Shown piece by piece: positions 51,356 to 63,300 of a DNA stretch of 64,000 nucleotides. The position numbers and the translations under genes are program-made. The notes under the pieces are model-generated. The model was not told the origin of the DNA. It ran no database searches and saw only the letters and a list, made by a program, of their open reading frames with translations. Origin of the DNA: Eledone cirrhosa (lineage: Eukaryota); the NCBI GenBank assembly GCA_964016885.1, contig OZ024742.1, positions 360,034,001-360,098,000 of the forward strand, written 5' to 3'. Every line of letters starts with the position of its first letter. The first letter of the stretch is position 1.

Positions 51356-54300
51356 GAATTGAAGGTAAGGGAAGAGAGATAGAAATGCTGAGATGTGAAA
51401 GAAAAGATGATTGATAGAAAGGCTGGGATGTGAAGGTAGGGAAGAGAGATAGAAAGGCTAGGATGTGAAGGTGGAGAAGAGAGATAGAAAGGCTGGGATG
51501 TGAAGGAATAGAAGATAGATAGAAAGGCTGGGATGTGAAGGTAGGGAAGAGAGATAGAAATGCTGAGATGTGAAGGTGGAGAAGAGAGATAGATAGGCTG
51601 GGATGTGAAGGTGGAGAAGTGAGATAGAGAGGCTGGGATGTGAAGGTCGAGGAGAGACATAGAAAAGCTGGGATGTGAATGAGGAGAAGAGATATAGAAA
51701 GGCTGAGATGTGAAGGTGGACAAGAGATAGAAAGGCTGGGATGTGAAGGTGGAGAAGAGAGATAGAAATGCTGACATGTGAAGGTGGAGAAGAGAGATAG
51801 AAAGGCTGGGATGTTAAGGTGGAGAGGAGAGATAGAAAGGCTGGGATGTGAAGGTGGAGAAGAGAGATAGAAATGCTGACATGTGAAGGTGGAGAAGAGA
51901 GATAGAAAGGCTGGGATGTGAAGGTGGAGAAGAGAGATAGAAAGGTTGGGATGTGAAGGTGCAGAGAAGAGATGGAAAGGCTGAGATGTGAAGGTGGAGG
52001 AGAGAGATAGAAAGGCTGGGATGTGAAGGTAGAGAAGAGAGATGGAAAGGCTGAGATTTGAAGGAGGAGAAGAGATAGATAGAAAGGCTGGGATGTGAAG
52101 GAGCAGAAGAGCGATAGAAAGGCTGAGATGTGAAGGTAGAGAAGACAGATAGAAAGGCTGGGATGTGAAGGTGGAGAAGAGAGATGGGAAGGCTGAGATG
52201 TGAAGGAGGAGAAGATAGATAGAAAGGCTGGGATGTGAAGGAGCAGAAGAGCGATAGAAAGGCTGGCATGTGAAGGAGGAGATAATAGATAGAAAGGCTG
52301 AGATGTGAAGGAGGAGAAGAGAGATACAAAGGCTGGGATGTGAAGGTGGAGTAGGAAGATAGAAAGGCTGAGATGTGAAGGAAGAGAAGAGAGATAGAAA
52401 GGCTGAGATATGAAGGAGGAGAAGAGAGATACAAAGGCTGGGATGTGAAGGTGGAGAAGTGAGATATAAATGCTGGAATGTGAAGGAGGAGAAAATTGAT
52501 AGAAAGGCTGAGATGTGAAGGAGGAGAAGATAGATAGAAAGGCTGGGATGTGAAGGTGGAGAAGAGAGATAGAAAGGCTGGGATGTGACAGAGGAGAAGA
52601 GAGATAGAAAGGCTGGGATGAGAAGGTGGTGAAGATAGATAGAAATGGCTGGGATGTGAAGGAAGAGAAGATAGATAGAAAGGCTGGGATGTGAAGGTAG
52701 GGAAGAGAGATAGAAGTGCTCAGATGTGAAGGTAGAGAAGAGAGATAGAAAGGCTGGGATGTGAAGGTAGAGAGGAGAGATAAAAAGGCTGGGATGTAAA
52801 GGTGGAGAAGAGAGAGAGAATGGCTGGGATGTGAAGGAGGTGAAGATAGATAGAAAGGCTGGGATGTGAAGGAGGAGAAGAGAGATAGAAAGGCTGGGAT
52901 GTGACGGAGGAGAAGAGAGATAGAAAGGCTGGGATGTAAAGGTGGAGAAGAGAGATAGAAAGGCGGAGATGTGAAAGAAAAGAAGAGAGATAGAAAGGCT
53001 GGGATGTGAAGGAAGAGAAGATAGATAGAAAGGCTGGGATGTGAAGGTAGGGAAGAGAGATAGAAATGCTGGGATGTGAAGGAGAAGAAGATAGATAGAA
53101 AGGCTGGGATGTGAAGGTGGAGAAGAGAGATAGAAAGGCTGGGATGTGAAGGAGGAGAAGATGGATAGAAAGGCTGGGATGTGAAGGTAGGGAAGAGAGA
53201 TAGAAATGCTGGGATGTGAAGGAGAAGAAGATAGATAGAAAGGCTGAGATATGAAGGAGGAGAAGAGATAGAAAGGCTGGGATATGAAGGAGGAGAAAAT
53301 AGATAGAAAGGCTGAGATGTGAAGGAGGAGAAGAGAGATAGAAAGACTGGGATGTGAAGGTAGAGAGGAGAGATAGAAAGGCTGGGATGTGAACGTGGAG
53401 AAGAGAGATAGAAAGGCTGGGATGTGAAGGAAGAGAAGATAGATAGAAAGGCTGGGATGTGAAGGTGGAGAAGAGAGATAGATATGCTGGGATGTGAAGG
53501 TGGAGAAGTGAGATGGAAAGGCTGGGATGTGAAGGTCGAGGAGAGACATAGAAAGGCTGGGATGTGAATGAGGAGAAGAGATATAGAAAGGCTGAGATGT
53601 GAAGGTGGACAAGAGATAGAAAGGCTGGGATGTGAAGGTGGAGAAGAGAGATAGAAATGGTGAGATGTGAAGGTGGAGAAGAGAGATAGAAAGGCTGGGA
53701 TGTGAAGGTGGAGAGGAAAGATAGAAAGGCTGGGATGTGAAGGTGGAGGAGAGAGATAGAAAGGGTGGGATGTGTAGGTGGAGAAGAGAGATGGAAAGGC
53801 TGGGATGTGAAGGTGGAGAGGACAGATGGAAAGGCTGGGATGTGAAGGTGGAGGAGAGAGATAGAAAGGGTGGGATGTGAAGATGGAGAAGAGAGATGGA
53901 AAGGCTGAGATGTGAAGGAGGAGAAGATAGATAGAATGGCTGGGATGTGAAGGAGCAGAAGAACGATAGAAAGGCCGGGATGTGAAGGTGGAGAAGAGAG
54001 ATGGAAAGGCTGAGATGTGAAGGAGGAGAAGACAGATAGAAAGGCTGGGATGTGAAGGAACAGAAGAGCGATAGAAAGGCTGGCATGTGAAGGAGGAGAA
54101 AATAGATAGAAAGGCTGAGATGTGAAGGAGGAGAAGATAGATAGAAAGGGTGGGATGTGAAGGTCGAGGAGACACATTGAAAGGCTGGGATGTGAAGGTG
54201 GAGAAGAGAGATAGAAAGGCAGAGATGTGAAAGAAAAGATTATTGATAGAAAGGCTGGGATGTGAAGGTAGGGAAGAGAGATAGATATGCTGAGATGTGA

Positions 54301-57300
54301 AGGTGGAGAAGAGAGATAGAAAGGCTGGGATGTGAAGGTAGAGAGGAGAGATAGAAAGGCTGGGATGTGAAGGTGGAGAAGAGAGATAGAAAGGCTGGGA
54401 TGTGAAGGAATAGAAGATAGATAGAAAGGCTGGGATGTGAAGGTAGGGAAGAGAGATAGAAATGCTGAGATGTGAAGGTGGAGAAGAGAGATAGATAGGC
54501 TGGGATGTGAAGGTGGAGAAGTGAGATAGAAAGGCTGGGATGTGAAGGTCGAGGAGAGACATAGAAAGGCTGGGATGTGAATGAGGAGAAGAGATATAGA
54601 AAGGCTGAGATGTGAAGGTGGACAAGAGATAGAAAGGCTGGGATGTGAAGGTGGAGAAGAGAGATAGAAATGCTGACATGTGAAGGTGGAGAAGAGAGAT
54701 AGAAAGGCTGGGATGTGAAGGTGGAGAGGAGAGATAGAAAGGCTCGGATGTGAAGGTGGAGGAGAGATAGGAAGGCTGAGATGTGAAGGTGCAGAAGAGA
54801 GATAGAAAGGCTGAGATATGATGGAGGAGAAGAGATACAAAGGCTGGGATATGAAGGAGGAGAAAATAGATAGAAAGGCTGGGATGTGAAGGTGGAGAAG
54901 AGAGATAGAAAGGCTGGGATGTGAAGGTGCAGAGGAGAGATGGAAAGGCTGAGATGTGAAGGTGGAGGAGAGAGATAGAAAGGCTGGGATGTGAAGGTGG
55001 AGAATAGAGATGGAAAGGCTGAGATGTGAAGGAGGAGAAGATAGATAGAAAGGCTGGGATGTGAAGGAGCAGAAGAGCGATAGAAAGGCTGAGATGTGAA
55101 GGTGGAGAAGACAGATAGAAAGGCTGGGATGTGAAGGTGGAGAAGAGAGATGGAAAGGCTGAGATGTGAAGGAGGAGAAAATAGATAGAAACGCTGGGAT
55201 GTGAAGGAGCAGAAGAGCGATAGAAAGGCTGGCATGTGAAGGCGGAGATAATAGATAGAAAGGCTGAGATGTGAAGGAGGAGAAGATAGATAGAAAGGCT
55301 GGGATGTGAAAGTGGAGAAGAGTGATAGAAAGGCTGGGATGTGACGGAGAAGAAGAGAGATAGAAAGGCTGGGATGTGAAGGAGGCAAAAATAGATAGAA
55401 AGGCTGAGATGTGAAGGAGAAGAGAGATAGAAAGGCTGGGATGTGAAGGTGGTGAAGCGAGATCGAAAGGCTGGGATGTGATGGAGCAGAAGAGAGATAG
55501 AAAGGCTGGGATGTGAAGGTGGAGCAGAGAGATAGAAAGTCTGAGATGTGAAGGTGGAGAAGAGAGATAGAAAGGCTAGGATGTGAAGGAGGAGAAGAGA
55601 GAGAGAAAGGGTGAGATGTGAAGATGGAAAAGAGAGATAGAAAGGCTGGGATGTGAAGGTGGAGAGGAGAGATAGAAAGGCTGGAACGTGACGGAGGAGA
55701 AGAGAGATAGAAAGACTGGGATGTGAAGGAAGAGACGAGAGATAGAAAGGCTGGGATGTGACGGTGGAGAGGAGAGATAGAAAGGCTGGGATGTGAAGGT
55801 GGTGAAGAGAGGTAGAAAGGCTGGGATGTGACGGAGGAGAAGATAGATAGAAAGGCTGGGATGTGAAGTTGGAGGAGAGAGATACAAAGGCTGCGATGTG
55901 AAGGTGGAGTAGGAAGATAGAAAGGCTGAGATGTGAAGGAAGAGAAGAGAGATTGAAAGGCTGAGATATGAAGGAGGAGAAGAGAGATAGAAAGGCTGGG
56001 ATGTGAAGGTGGAGGAGAAGATAGAAAGGCTGGGATGTGAAGGTAGAAGAGAGAGATAGAAAGGCTGGGATGTGAAGGTAGAGGAGAGAGATAGAGAGGC
56101 TGGGATGTGAAGAAGGAGAAGATAGATAGAAAGGCTGGGATGTGAGGGTGGAGAAGTGAGATATAAATGCTGGAATGTGAAGGAGGAGAAAATTGATAGA
56201 AAGGCTGAGATGTGAAGGAGGAGAAGATAGATAGAAAGGCTTGGATGTGAAGGTGGAGAAGAGAGATAGAAAGGCTGGGTTATGAAGGTCGAGGAGAGAC
56301 ATAGAAAGGCTGGGATGAGAAGGTGGAGAAGATAGATAGAAAGGCTGGGATGTGAAGGTAGGGAAGAGAGATAGAAGTGCTGAGATGTGAAGGTGGAGAA
56401 GAGAGATAGAAAGGCTGGGATGTGAAAGTAGAGAGGAGAGATAAAAAGGCTGGGATGTAAAGGTGGAGGAGAGATAGAATGGCTGCGATGTGAAGGAGGA
56501 GAAGAGATAGAAATGCTGGGATGTGAAGGAGGAGAAAATAGATAGAAAGGCTGAGATGTGAAGGAGGATAAGATAGATAGAAATGCTGGGATGTGAAGGT
56601 GGAGAAGAGAGAGAGAAAGGCTCGGATGTGAAGGAGGTGATGATAGATAGAAAGGCTGGGATGTGAAGGAGGAGAAGAGAGATAGAAAGGCTGGGATGTG
56701 ACGGAGGAGAAGTGAGATAGAAAGGCTGGGATGTGTAGGTCGAGGAGAGACATAGAAAGTCTGGGATGTGAATGAGGAGAAGAGATATAGAAAGGCTGAG
56801 ATGTGAAGGTGGACAAGAGATAGAAAGGCTGGGATGTGAAGGTGTAGAAGAGAGATAGAAATGCTGAGATGTGAAGGTGGAGAAGAGAGATAGAAAGGCT
56901 GGGATGTGAAGGTGGAGAGGAGAGATAGAAAGGCTGAGATGTGAAGGTGGAGAGGAGAGATAGAAAGGCTGAGATGTGAAGGTGGAGGAGAGATAGGAAG
57001 GCTGAGATATGAAGGAGGAGAAAATAGATTGAAAGGTTGAGATGTGAAGGAGGAGAAGAGAGATAGAAAGGCTGGGATGTGAAGGTGGAGAAGAGAGAGA
57101 GAAAAGCTGGGATGTGAAGGAGGAGAAGATAGATAGAAAGCCTGGGATGTGAAGGAGCAGAAGAGAGATAGAAAGGCTGGGATGTGAAGGTGGAAAAGAG
57201 AGATAGAGAGGCTGGGATGTGAAGGTGGAGAGGAGAGATAGAAAGGCTGGAATGTGACGGAGGAGAAGAGAGATAGAAAGACTGGGATGTGAAGGAAGAG

Positions 57301-60300
57301 AGGAGAGATAGAAAGGCTGGGATGTGACCGTGGAGAGGAGAGATAGAAAGGCTGGGATATGAAGGTGGAGAAGAGAGGTAGAAAGGCTGGGATGTGACGG
57401 AGGAGAAGAGAGATAGAAAGGCTGGGATGTAAAGGTGGAGAAGAGAGATAGAAAGGCTGGGATTTGAAGGTGGAGAGGAGAGATGGAAAGGCTGAGATGT
57501 GAAGTTGGAGGAGAGAGATAGAAAGGCTGGCATGTGAAGGAGGCAAAAATAGATAGAAAGGCTGAGATGTGAAGGAGAAGAGAGATAGAAAGGCTGGGAT
57601 GTGAAGGTGGAGAAGAGAGATAGAAAGGCTGGGATATGAAGGTGGAGAAGAGAAATAGAAAGGCTGAGATGTGAAGGTGGAGAAGAGAGATAGAAAGGCT
57701 GAGATGTGAAGGTGGAAAAGAGAGATAGAAAGGCCGGGATGTGAAGGTAGAGAGGAGAGATAGAAAGGCTGGGATGTGAAGGTGGAGGAGAGAGATAGAA
57801 AGGCTGGGATGTGACGGAGGAGATGAAAGATAGAAAGGCTGGGATGTGAAGGTGAAGAAGAGAGATAGAAAGGCTAGGATGTGAATGGGGAGAAGAGAGA
57901 TAGAAAGGCTGAGATATGAAGGAGGAGAAGAGAGATAGATAGGCTGGGATGTGAAGGTGGAGGAGAGATAGGAAGGCTGAGATGTGAAGGTGGAGAAGAG
58001 AGATAGAAAGGCTGAGATATGAAGGAGGAGAAGAGATAGAAAGGCTGGGATATGAAGGAGGAGAAAATAGATAGAAAGGCTGAGATGTGAAGGAGGAGAA
58101 GAGAGATAGAAAGGCTGAGATGTGAAGGTGGAGAAGAGAGAGAGAAAGGCTGGGATGTGAAGGGGGAGAAGATAGATAGAAAGGCTGGGATGTGAAGGAG
58201 CAGAAGAGACATAGAAAGGCTGGGATGTGAATGAGGAGAAGAGATATAGAAAGGCTGACATGTGAATGTGGACAAGAGATAGAAAGGCTGGGATGTGACG
58301 GAGCAGAAGAGAGATAGAAAGGCTGGGATGTGAAGGTGGAGAAGCGAGATCGAAAGGCTGGGATGTGACGGAGCAGAAGAGAGATAGAAAGGCTGGGAAT
58401 TGAAGGTAAGGGAAGAGAGATAGAAATGCTGAGATGTGAAAGAAAAGATGATTGATAGAAAGGCTGGGATGTGAAGGTAGGGAAGAGAGATAGAAAGGCT
58501 GAGATGTGAAGGTGGAGAAGAGAGATAGATAGGCTGGGATGTGAAGGTGGAGAAGTGAGATAGAGAGGCTGGGATGTGAAGGAATAGAAGATAGATAGAA
58601 AGGCTGGGATGTGAAGGTAGGGAAGAGAGATAGAAATGCTGAGATGTGAAGGTGGAGAAGAGAGATAGATAGGCTGGGATGTGAAGGTGGAGAAGTGAGA
58701 TAGAGAGGCTGGGATGTGAAGGTCGAGGAGAGACATAGAAAAGCTGGGATGTGAATGAGGAGAAGAGATATAGAAAGGCTGAGATGTGAAGGTGGACAAG
58801 AGATAGAAAGGCTGGGATGTGAAGGTGGAGAAGAGAGATAGAAATGCTGACATGTGAAGGTGGAGAAGAGAGATAGAAAGGCTGGGATGTTAAGGTGGAG
58901 AGGAGAGATAGAAAGGCTGGGATGTGAAGGTGGAGGAGAGATAGGAAGGCTGAGATGTGAAGGTGGAGAAGAGAGATAGAAAGGCTGAGATATGATGGAG
59001 GAGAAAAGATACAAAGGCTGGGATATGAAGGAGGAGAAAATAGATAGAAAGGCTGGGATGTGAAGGTGGAGAAGAGAGATAGAAAGGTTGGGATGTGAAG
59101 GTGCAGAGAAGAGATGGAAAGGCTGAGATGTGAAGGTGGAGGAGAGAGATAGAAAGGCTGGGATGTGAAGGTAGAGAAGAGAGATGGAAAGGCTGAGATT
59201 TGAAGGAGGAGAAGAGATAGATAGAAAGGCTGGGATGTAAAGGAGCAGAAGAGCGATAGAAAGGCTGAGATGTGAAGGTGGAGAAGACAGATAGAAAGGC
59301 TGGGATGTGAAGGTGGAAAGAGAGATGGGAAGGCTGAGATGTGAAGGAGGATAAGATAGATAGAAAGGCTGGGATGTGAAGGAGCAGAAGAGCGATAGAA
59401 AGGCTGGCATGTGAAGGAGGAGATCATAGATAGAAAGGCTGAGATGTGAAGGAGGAGAAGAGAGATACAAAGGCTGGGATGTGAAGGTGGAGTAGGAAGA
59501 TAGAAAGGCTGAGATGTGAAGGAAGAGAAGAGAGATAGAAAGGCTGAGATATGAAGGAGGAGAAGAGAGATACAAAGGCTGGGATGTGAAGGTGGAGAAG
59601 TGAGATATAAATGCTGGAATGTGAAGGAGGAGAAAATTGATAGAAAGGCTGAGACGTGAAGGAGGAGAAGATAGATAGAAAGGCTGGGATGTGAAGGTGG
59701 AGAAGAGAGATAGAAAGGCTGGGATGTGACAGAGGAGAAGAGAGATAGAAAGGCTGGGATGTTAAGGTCGAGGAGAGACATAGAAAGGCTGGGATGAGAA
59801 GGTGGTGAAGATAGATAGAAATGGCTGGGATGTGAAGGAAGAGAAGATAGATAGAAAGGCTGGGATGTGAAGGTAGGGAAGAGAGATAGAAGTGCTCAGA
59901 TGTGAAGGTAGAGAAGAGAGATAGAAAGGCTGGGATGTGAAGGTAGAGAGGAGAGATAAAAAGGCTGGGATGTAAAGGTGGAGAAGAGAGAGAGAATGGC
60001 TGGGATGTGAAGGAGGTGAAGATAGATAGAAAGGCTGGGATGTGAAGGAGGAGAAGAGAGATAGAAAGGCTGGGATGTGACGGAGGAGAAGAGAGATAGA
60101 AAGGCTGGGATGTAAAGGTGGAGAAGAGAGATAGAAAGGCGGAGATGTGAAAGAAAAGAAGAGAGATAGAAAGGCTGGGATGTGAAGGAAGAGAAGATAG
60201 ATAGAAAGGCTGGGATGTGAAGGTAGGGAAGAGAGATAGAAATGCTGGGATTTGAAGGAGAAGAAGATAGATAGAAAGGCTAGGATGTGAAGGTGGAGAA

Positions 60301-63300
60301 GAGAGATAGAAAGGCTGGGATGTGAAGGAGGAGAAGATGGATAGAAAGGCTGGGATGTGAAGGTAGGGAAGAGAGATAGAAATGCTGGGATGTGAAGGAG
60401 AAGAAGATAGATAGAAAGGCTGAGATATGAAGGAGGAGAAGAGATAGAAAGGCTGGGATATGAAGGAGGAGAAAATAGATAGAAAGGCTGAGATGTGAAG
60501 GAGGAGAAGAGAGATAGAAAGACTGGGATGTGAAGGTAGAGAGGAGAGATAGAAAGGCTGGGATGTGAACGTGGAGAAGAGAGATAGAAAGGCTGGGATG
60601 TGAAGGAAGAGAAGATAGATAGAAAGGCTGGGATGTGAAGGTGGAGAAGAGAGATAGATATGCTGGGATGTGAAGGTGGAGAAGTGAGATGGAAAGGCTG
60701 GGATGTGAAGGTCGAGGAGAGACATAGAAAGGCTGGGATGTGAATGAGGAGAAGAGATATAGAAAGGCTGAGATGTGAAGGTGGACAAGAGATAGAAAGG
60801 CTGGGATGTGAAGGTGGAGAAGAGAGATAGAAATGCTGAGATGTGAAGGTGGAGAAGAGAGATAGAAAGGCTGGGATGTGAAGGTGGAGAGGAAAGATAG
60901 AAAGGCTGGGATGTGAAGGTGGAGGAGAGAGATAGAAAGGGTGGGATGTGTAGGTGGAGAAGAGAGATGGAAAGGCTGGGATGTGAAGGTGGAGAGGACA
61001 GATGGAAAGGCTGGGATGTGAAGGTGGAGGAGAAAGATAGAAAGGGTGGGATGTGAAAATGGAGAAGAGAGATGGAAAGGCTGAGATGTGAAGGAGGAGA
61101 AGATAGATAGAATGGCTGGGATGTGAAGGAGCAGAAGAACGATAGAAAGGCTGGGATGTGAAGGTGGAGAAGAGAGATAGAAAGGCCGGGATGTGAAGGT
61201 GGAGAAGAGAGATGGAAAGGCTGAGATGTGAAGGAGGAGAAGACAGATAGAAAGGCTGGGATGTGAAGGAACAGAAGAGCGATAGAAAGGCTGGCATGTG
61301 AAGGAGGAGAAAATAGATAGAAAGGCTGAGATGTGAAGGAGGAGAAGATAGATAGAAAGGGTGGGATGTGAAGGTCGAGGAGACACATTGAAAGGCTGGG
61401 ATGTGAAGGTGGAGAAGAGAGATAGAAAGGCAGAGATGTGAAAGAAAAGATTATTGATAGAAAGGCTGGGATGTGAAGGTAGGGAAGAGAGATAGATATG
61501 CTGAGATGTGAAGGTGGAGAAGAGAGATAGAAAGGCTGGGATGTGAAGGTAGAGAGGAGAGATAGAAAGGCTGGGATGTGAAGGTGGAGAAGAGAGATAG
61601 AAAGGCTGGGATGTGAAGGAATAGAAGATAGATAGAAAGGCTGGGATGTGAAGGTAGGGAAGAGAGATAGAAATGCTGAGATGTGAAGGTGGAGAAGAGA
61701 GATAGATAGGCTGGGATGTGAAGGTGGAGAAGTGAGATAGAAAGGCTGGGATGTGAAGGTCGAAGAGAGACATAGAAAGGCTGGGATGTGAATGAGGAGA
61801 AGAGATATAGAAAGGCTGAGATGTGAAGGTGGACAAGAGATAGAAAGGCTGGGATGTGAAGGTGGAGAAGAGAGATAGAAATGCTGACATGTGAAGGTGG
61901 AGAAGAGAGATAGAAAGGCTGGGATGTGAAGGTGGAGAGGAGAGATAGAAAGGCTCGGATGTGAAGGTGGAGGAGAGATAGGAAGGCTGAGATGTGAAGG
62001 TGCAGAAGAGAGATAGAAAGGCTGAGATATGATGGAGGAGAAGAGATACAAAGGCTGGGATATGAAGGAGGAGAAAATAGATAGAAAGGCTGGGATGTGA
62101 AGGTGGAGAAGAGAGATAGAAAGGCTGGGATGTGAAGGTGCAGAGGAGAGATGGAAAGGCTGAGATGTGAAGGTGGAGGAGAGAGATAGAAAGGCTGGGA
62201 TGTGAAGGTGGAGAATAGAGATGGAAAGGCTGAGATGTGAAGGAGGAGAAGATAGATAGAAAGGCTGGGATGTGAAGGAGCAGAAGAGCGATAGAAAGGC
62301 TGAGATGTGAAGGTGGAGAAGACAGATAGAAAGGCTGGGATGTGAAGGTGGAGAAGAGAGATGGAAAGGCTGAGATGTGAAGGAGGAGAAAATAGATAGA
62401 AACGCTGGGATGTGAAGGAGCAGAAGAGCGATAGAAAGGCTGGCATGTGAAGGCGGAGATAATAGATAGAAAGGCTGAGATGTGAAGGAGGAGAAGATAG
62501 ATAGAAAGGCTGGGATGTGAAAGTGGAGAAGAGTGATAGAAAGGCTGGGATGTGACGGAGAAGAAGAGAGATAGAAAGGCTGGGATGTGAAGGAGTCAAA
62601 AATAGATAGAAAGGCTGAGATGTGAAGGAGAAGAGAGATAGAAAGGCTGGGATGTGAAGGTGGTGAAGCGAGATCGAAAGGCTGGGATGTGACGGAGCAG
62701 AAGAGAGATAGAAAGGCTGGGATGTGAAGGTGGAGCAGAGAGATAGAAAGTCTGAGATGTGAAGGTGGAGAAGAGAGATAGAAAGGCTAGGATGTGAAGG
62801 AGGAGAAGAGAGAGAGAAAGGGTGAGATGTGAAGATGGAAAAGAGAGATAGAAAGGCTGGGATGTGAAGGTGGAGAGGAGAGATAGAAAGGCTGGAACGT
62901 GACGGAGGAGAAGAGAGATAGAAAGACTGGGATGTGAAGGAAGAGACGAGAGATAGAAAGGCTGGGATGTGACGGTGGAGAGGAGAGATAGAAAGGCTGG
63001 GATGTGAAGGTGGTGAAGAGAGGTAGAAAGGCTGGGATGTGACGGAGGAGAAGATAGATAGAAAGGCTGGGATGTGAAGTTGGAGGAGAGAGATAGAAAG
63101 GCTGCGATGTGAAGGTGGAGTAGGAAGATAGAAAGGCTGAGATGTGAAGGAAGAGAAGAGAGATTGAAAGGCTGAGATATGAAGGAGGAGAAGAGAGATA
63201 GAAAGGCTGGGATGTGAAGGTGGAGGAGAAGATAGAAAGGCTGGGATGTGAAGGTAGAAGAGATAGATAGAAAGGCTGGGATGTGAAGGTAGAGGAGAGA

